From Octopus sinensis (taxonomy: Eukaryota), in contig NC_043006.1 of NCBI RefSeq assembly GCF_006345805.1, forward strand, positions 12,586,001 to 12,650,000: 64,000 bases of DNA. Reading direction: 5' to 3'. Position numbers and translations under genes: made by a program. The notes under the pieces are model-generated. The model did no database searches. It was given only the letters and a program-made list of their open reading frames with translations, and had not been told where the DNA came from. Below, piece after piece: positions 62,466 through 64,000 of the stretch; within the stretch, counting starts at the first letter, position 1; each line of letters starts with the position of its first letter.

Positions 62466-63533
62466 ATGTTAGATTTAATGAAATTAAATGATTATTACTC
62501 CACTAAACTACAACTGCTCTCTATTTAAAAGTTCAGAACAGGCAGTCAGGTTGGATATTTAAGAAGTTTGCTTCTCAACTACGTGGTCCTGGCTTTCTAC
62601 TCACTACTTTGTGCCTTGGGCAGACACCATTTTCTTATAAACCCCTTGGCTTGTCCTGTACGCTCTGAATGAAATTCTGTAAGCGAGGACTATATAGAAG
62701 TCCGTCAGTTGAATTTTATTTGTAATTCAAACGGTATGGGTTTGTCACACACTATGTCACGCTGAATTAAATTAAAGGTATAAATCTCTGAGGAATGCTC
62801 AGTTACTTACACGTTAATTGAAGAGCAAGTAATTCAGCTGATAGAGCAAATGAATACTCGTCGTCGAGTGATAGAAACCCAGCAGAACCATTCATAAAAT
62901 GTGCTTCACATAAACACATAGATGCACCATCTGAACATATGTTTTCAAGAGCAACAACTTTGATATTTAGAAGATTTCAAACTATTGCAAAGAAAATGCA
63001 ATGAATACACTGTGATTTTCTGAAATATTTAAGTAACATGCATTGGACAATTATACGTAAAAAAAATCTATATATATTTTTCCCACTGGAATTGGTACTT
63101 TAAAGAATTTGGCTAAAAAGCACGAAATTGTCTGATCATACGGCATGACCACATGACATTCTCCTCAACTGTTATCGACTATAAACAGATAGCTGAACAA
63201 CAATACTAAAGGTTATACAAGGAGGAGTTATTAAAAATAGAACGATAAAAACATAAGCGCTGTCAACTTTAAGGTTGTACCCTGTGAAATTTATAGTCTA
63301 TGAAATGACTTCTTTATTGTAGGCTTCTAAATAAACAGAAATACCCAATTTCATTGTAGGTTTCTAAGTAAACATAAATACCTAATAAAATCAACACGTA
63401 TCATCTTACTATTTCTTTTGCCTCTTCATTGATTGTGTGCTTTTATCATTTTTCAAAAATTTCTTATATTTATATATGCACGTGTTTACATTATGTATCA
63501 TGTATTTGTGAACATCATTAATATATATATAAG

Positions 63534-63571
<38 letters not shown>

Positions 63572-64000
63572 CGCGCGTTCGAAAAGTGGGCGTCTGTCTC
63601 CAAAACCTCAAAGTTGAGTAACGTTTTCATGCTTGGATTTGTAAACTACGGTGAGAAAAACACTGGTCAACAAAGAATTTTTTCCAAGAGAGAAAAATAC
63701 CCGTATCGTATATGTTTTTACATACCTAATTCAAAAATAATGTCAAATTATCTGTACTAAGTCCACATATTGCATTCACCTTCATAATGCCCAGAAACTG
63801 TATAAATACCGCAAACGACTTTTACTTTATGAAAAATATGTAAAATATAAAGACAACTGACGAAAAATATCTAATAAAATTCAAATTGATAAATATAAAT
63901 TTTTATTAATACAAAACACACGGGTGAAGTAAATCTCGTGGGGTGAGATAAATCTCGTGGGGTGAGGAATCAACACATACGGGTGAAACGCAACACAACG

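Overview
AT-rich, repeat-dominated animal genomic DNA, most likely from an Octopus species (inferred from recalled octopod SINE families and very dense (TA)n/(ATT)n/(CA)n microsatellites). I cannot assemble a complete protein-coding gene. The best genic signal is a spliced, ATG-containing minus-strand exon (32042-31883; MATTANAVAVATTPP...RQFPKAGTRALLIEK, unidentified), with weaker candidate exons downstream. Most of the window is mobile DNA: tRNA-derived SINEs (family A with a Deu/Nin-like core, family B with an internal (TA)n, and others); Dong/R4-like RLE non-LTR fragments sitting in (TAA)n tracts; one CR1-like 3' end; one irritans-type mariner; two maT (DD37D-like) remnants; a Helitron; a Helentron/HINE; a MITE; and many short Penelope-like pLTR pieces. 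Most notable: (1) hammerhead-ribozyme motifs, one near-intact at 55885-55958 and one inside a tRNA-headed SINE at 32652-33075; (2) a series of long fold-back palindromes, including a perfect one with 106-bp arms; (3) a 9-unit head-to-tail SINE multimer bounded by a single 19-bp TSD; (4) a decayed LRR-like ORF at about 34060-35220; (5) an inverted pair of tRNA-Asn-like units. Repeat boundaries are approximate and family names come from motif recognition, not database searches.
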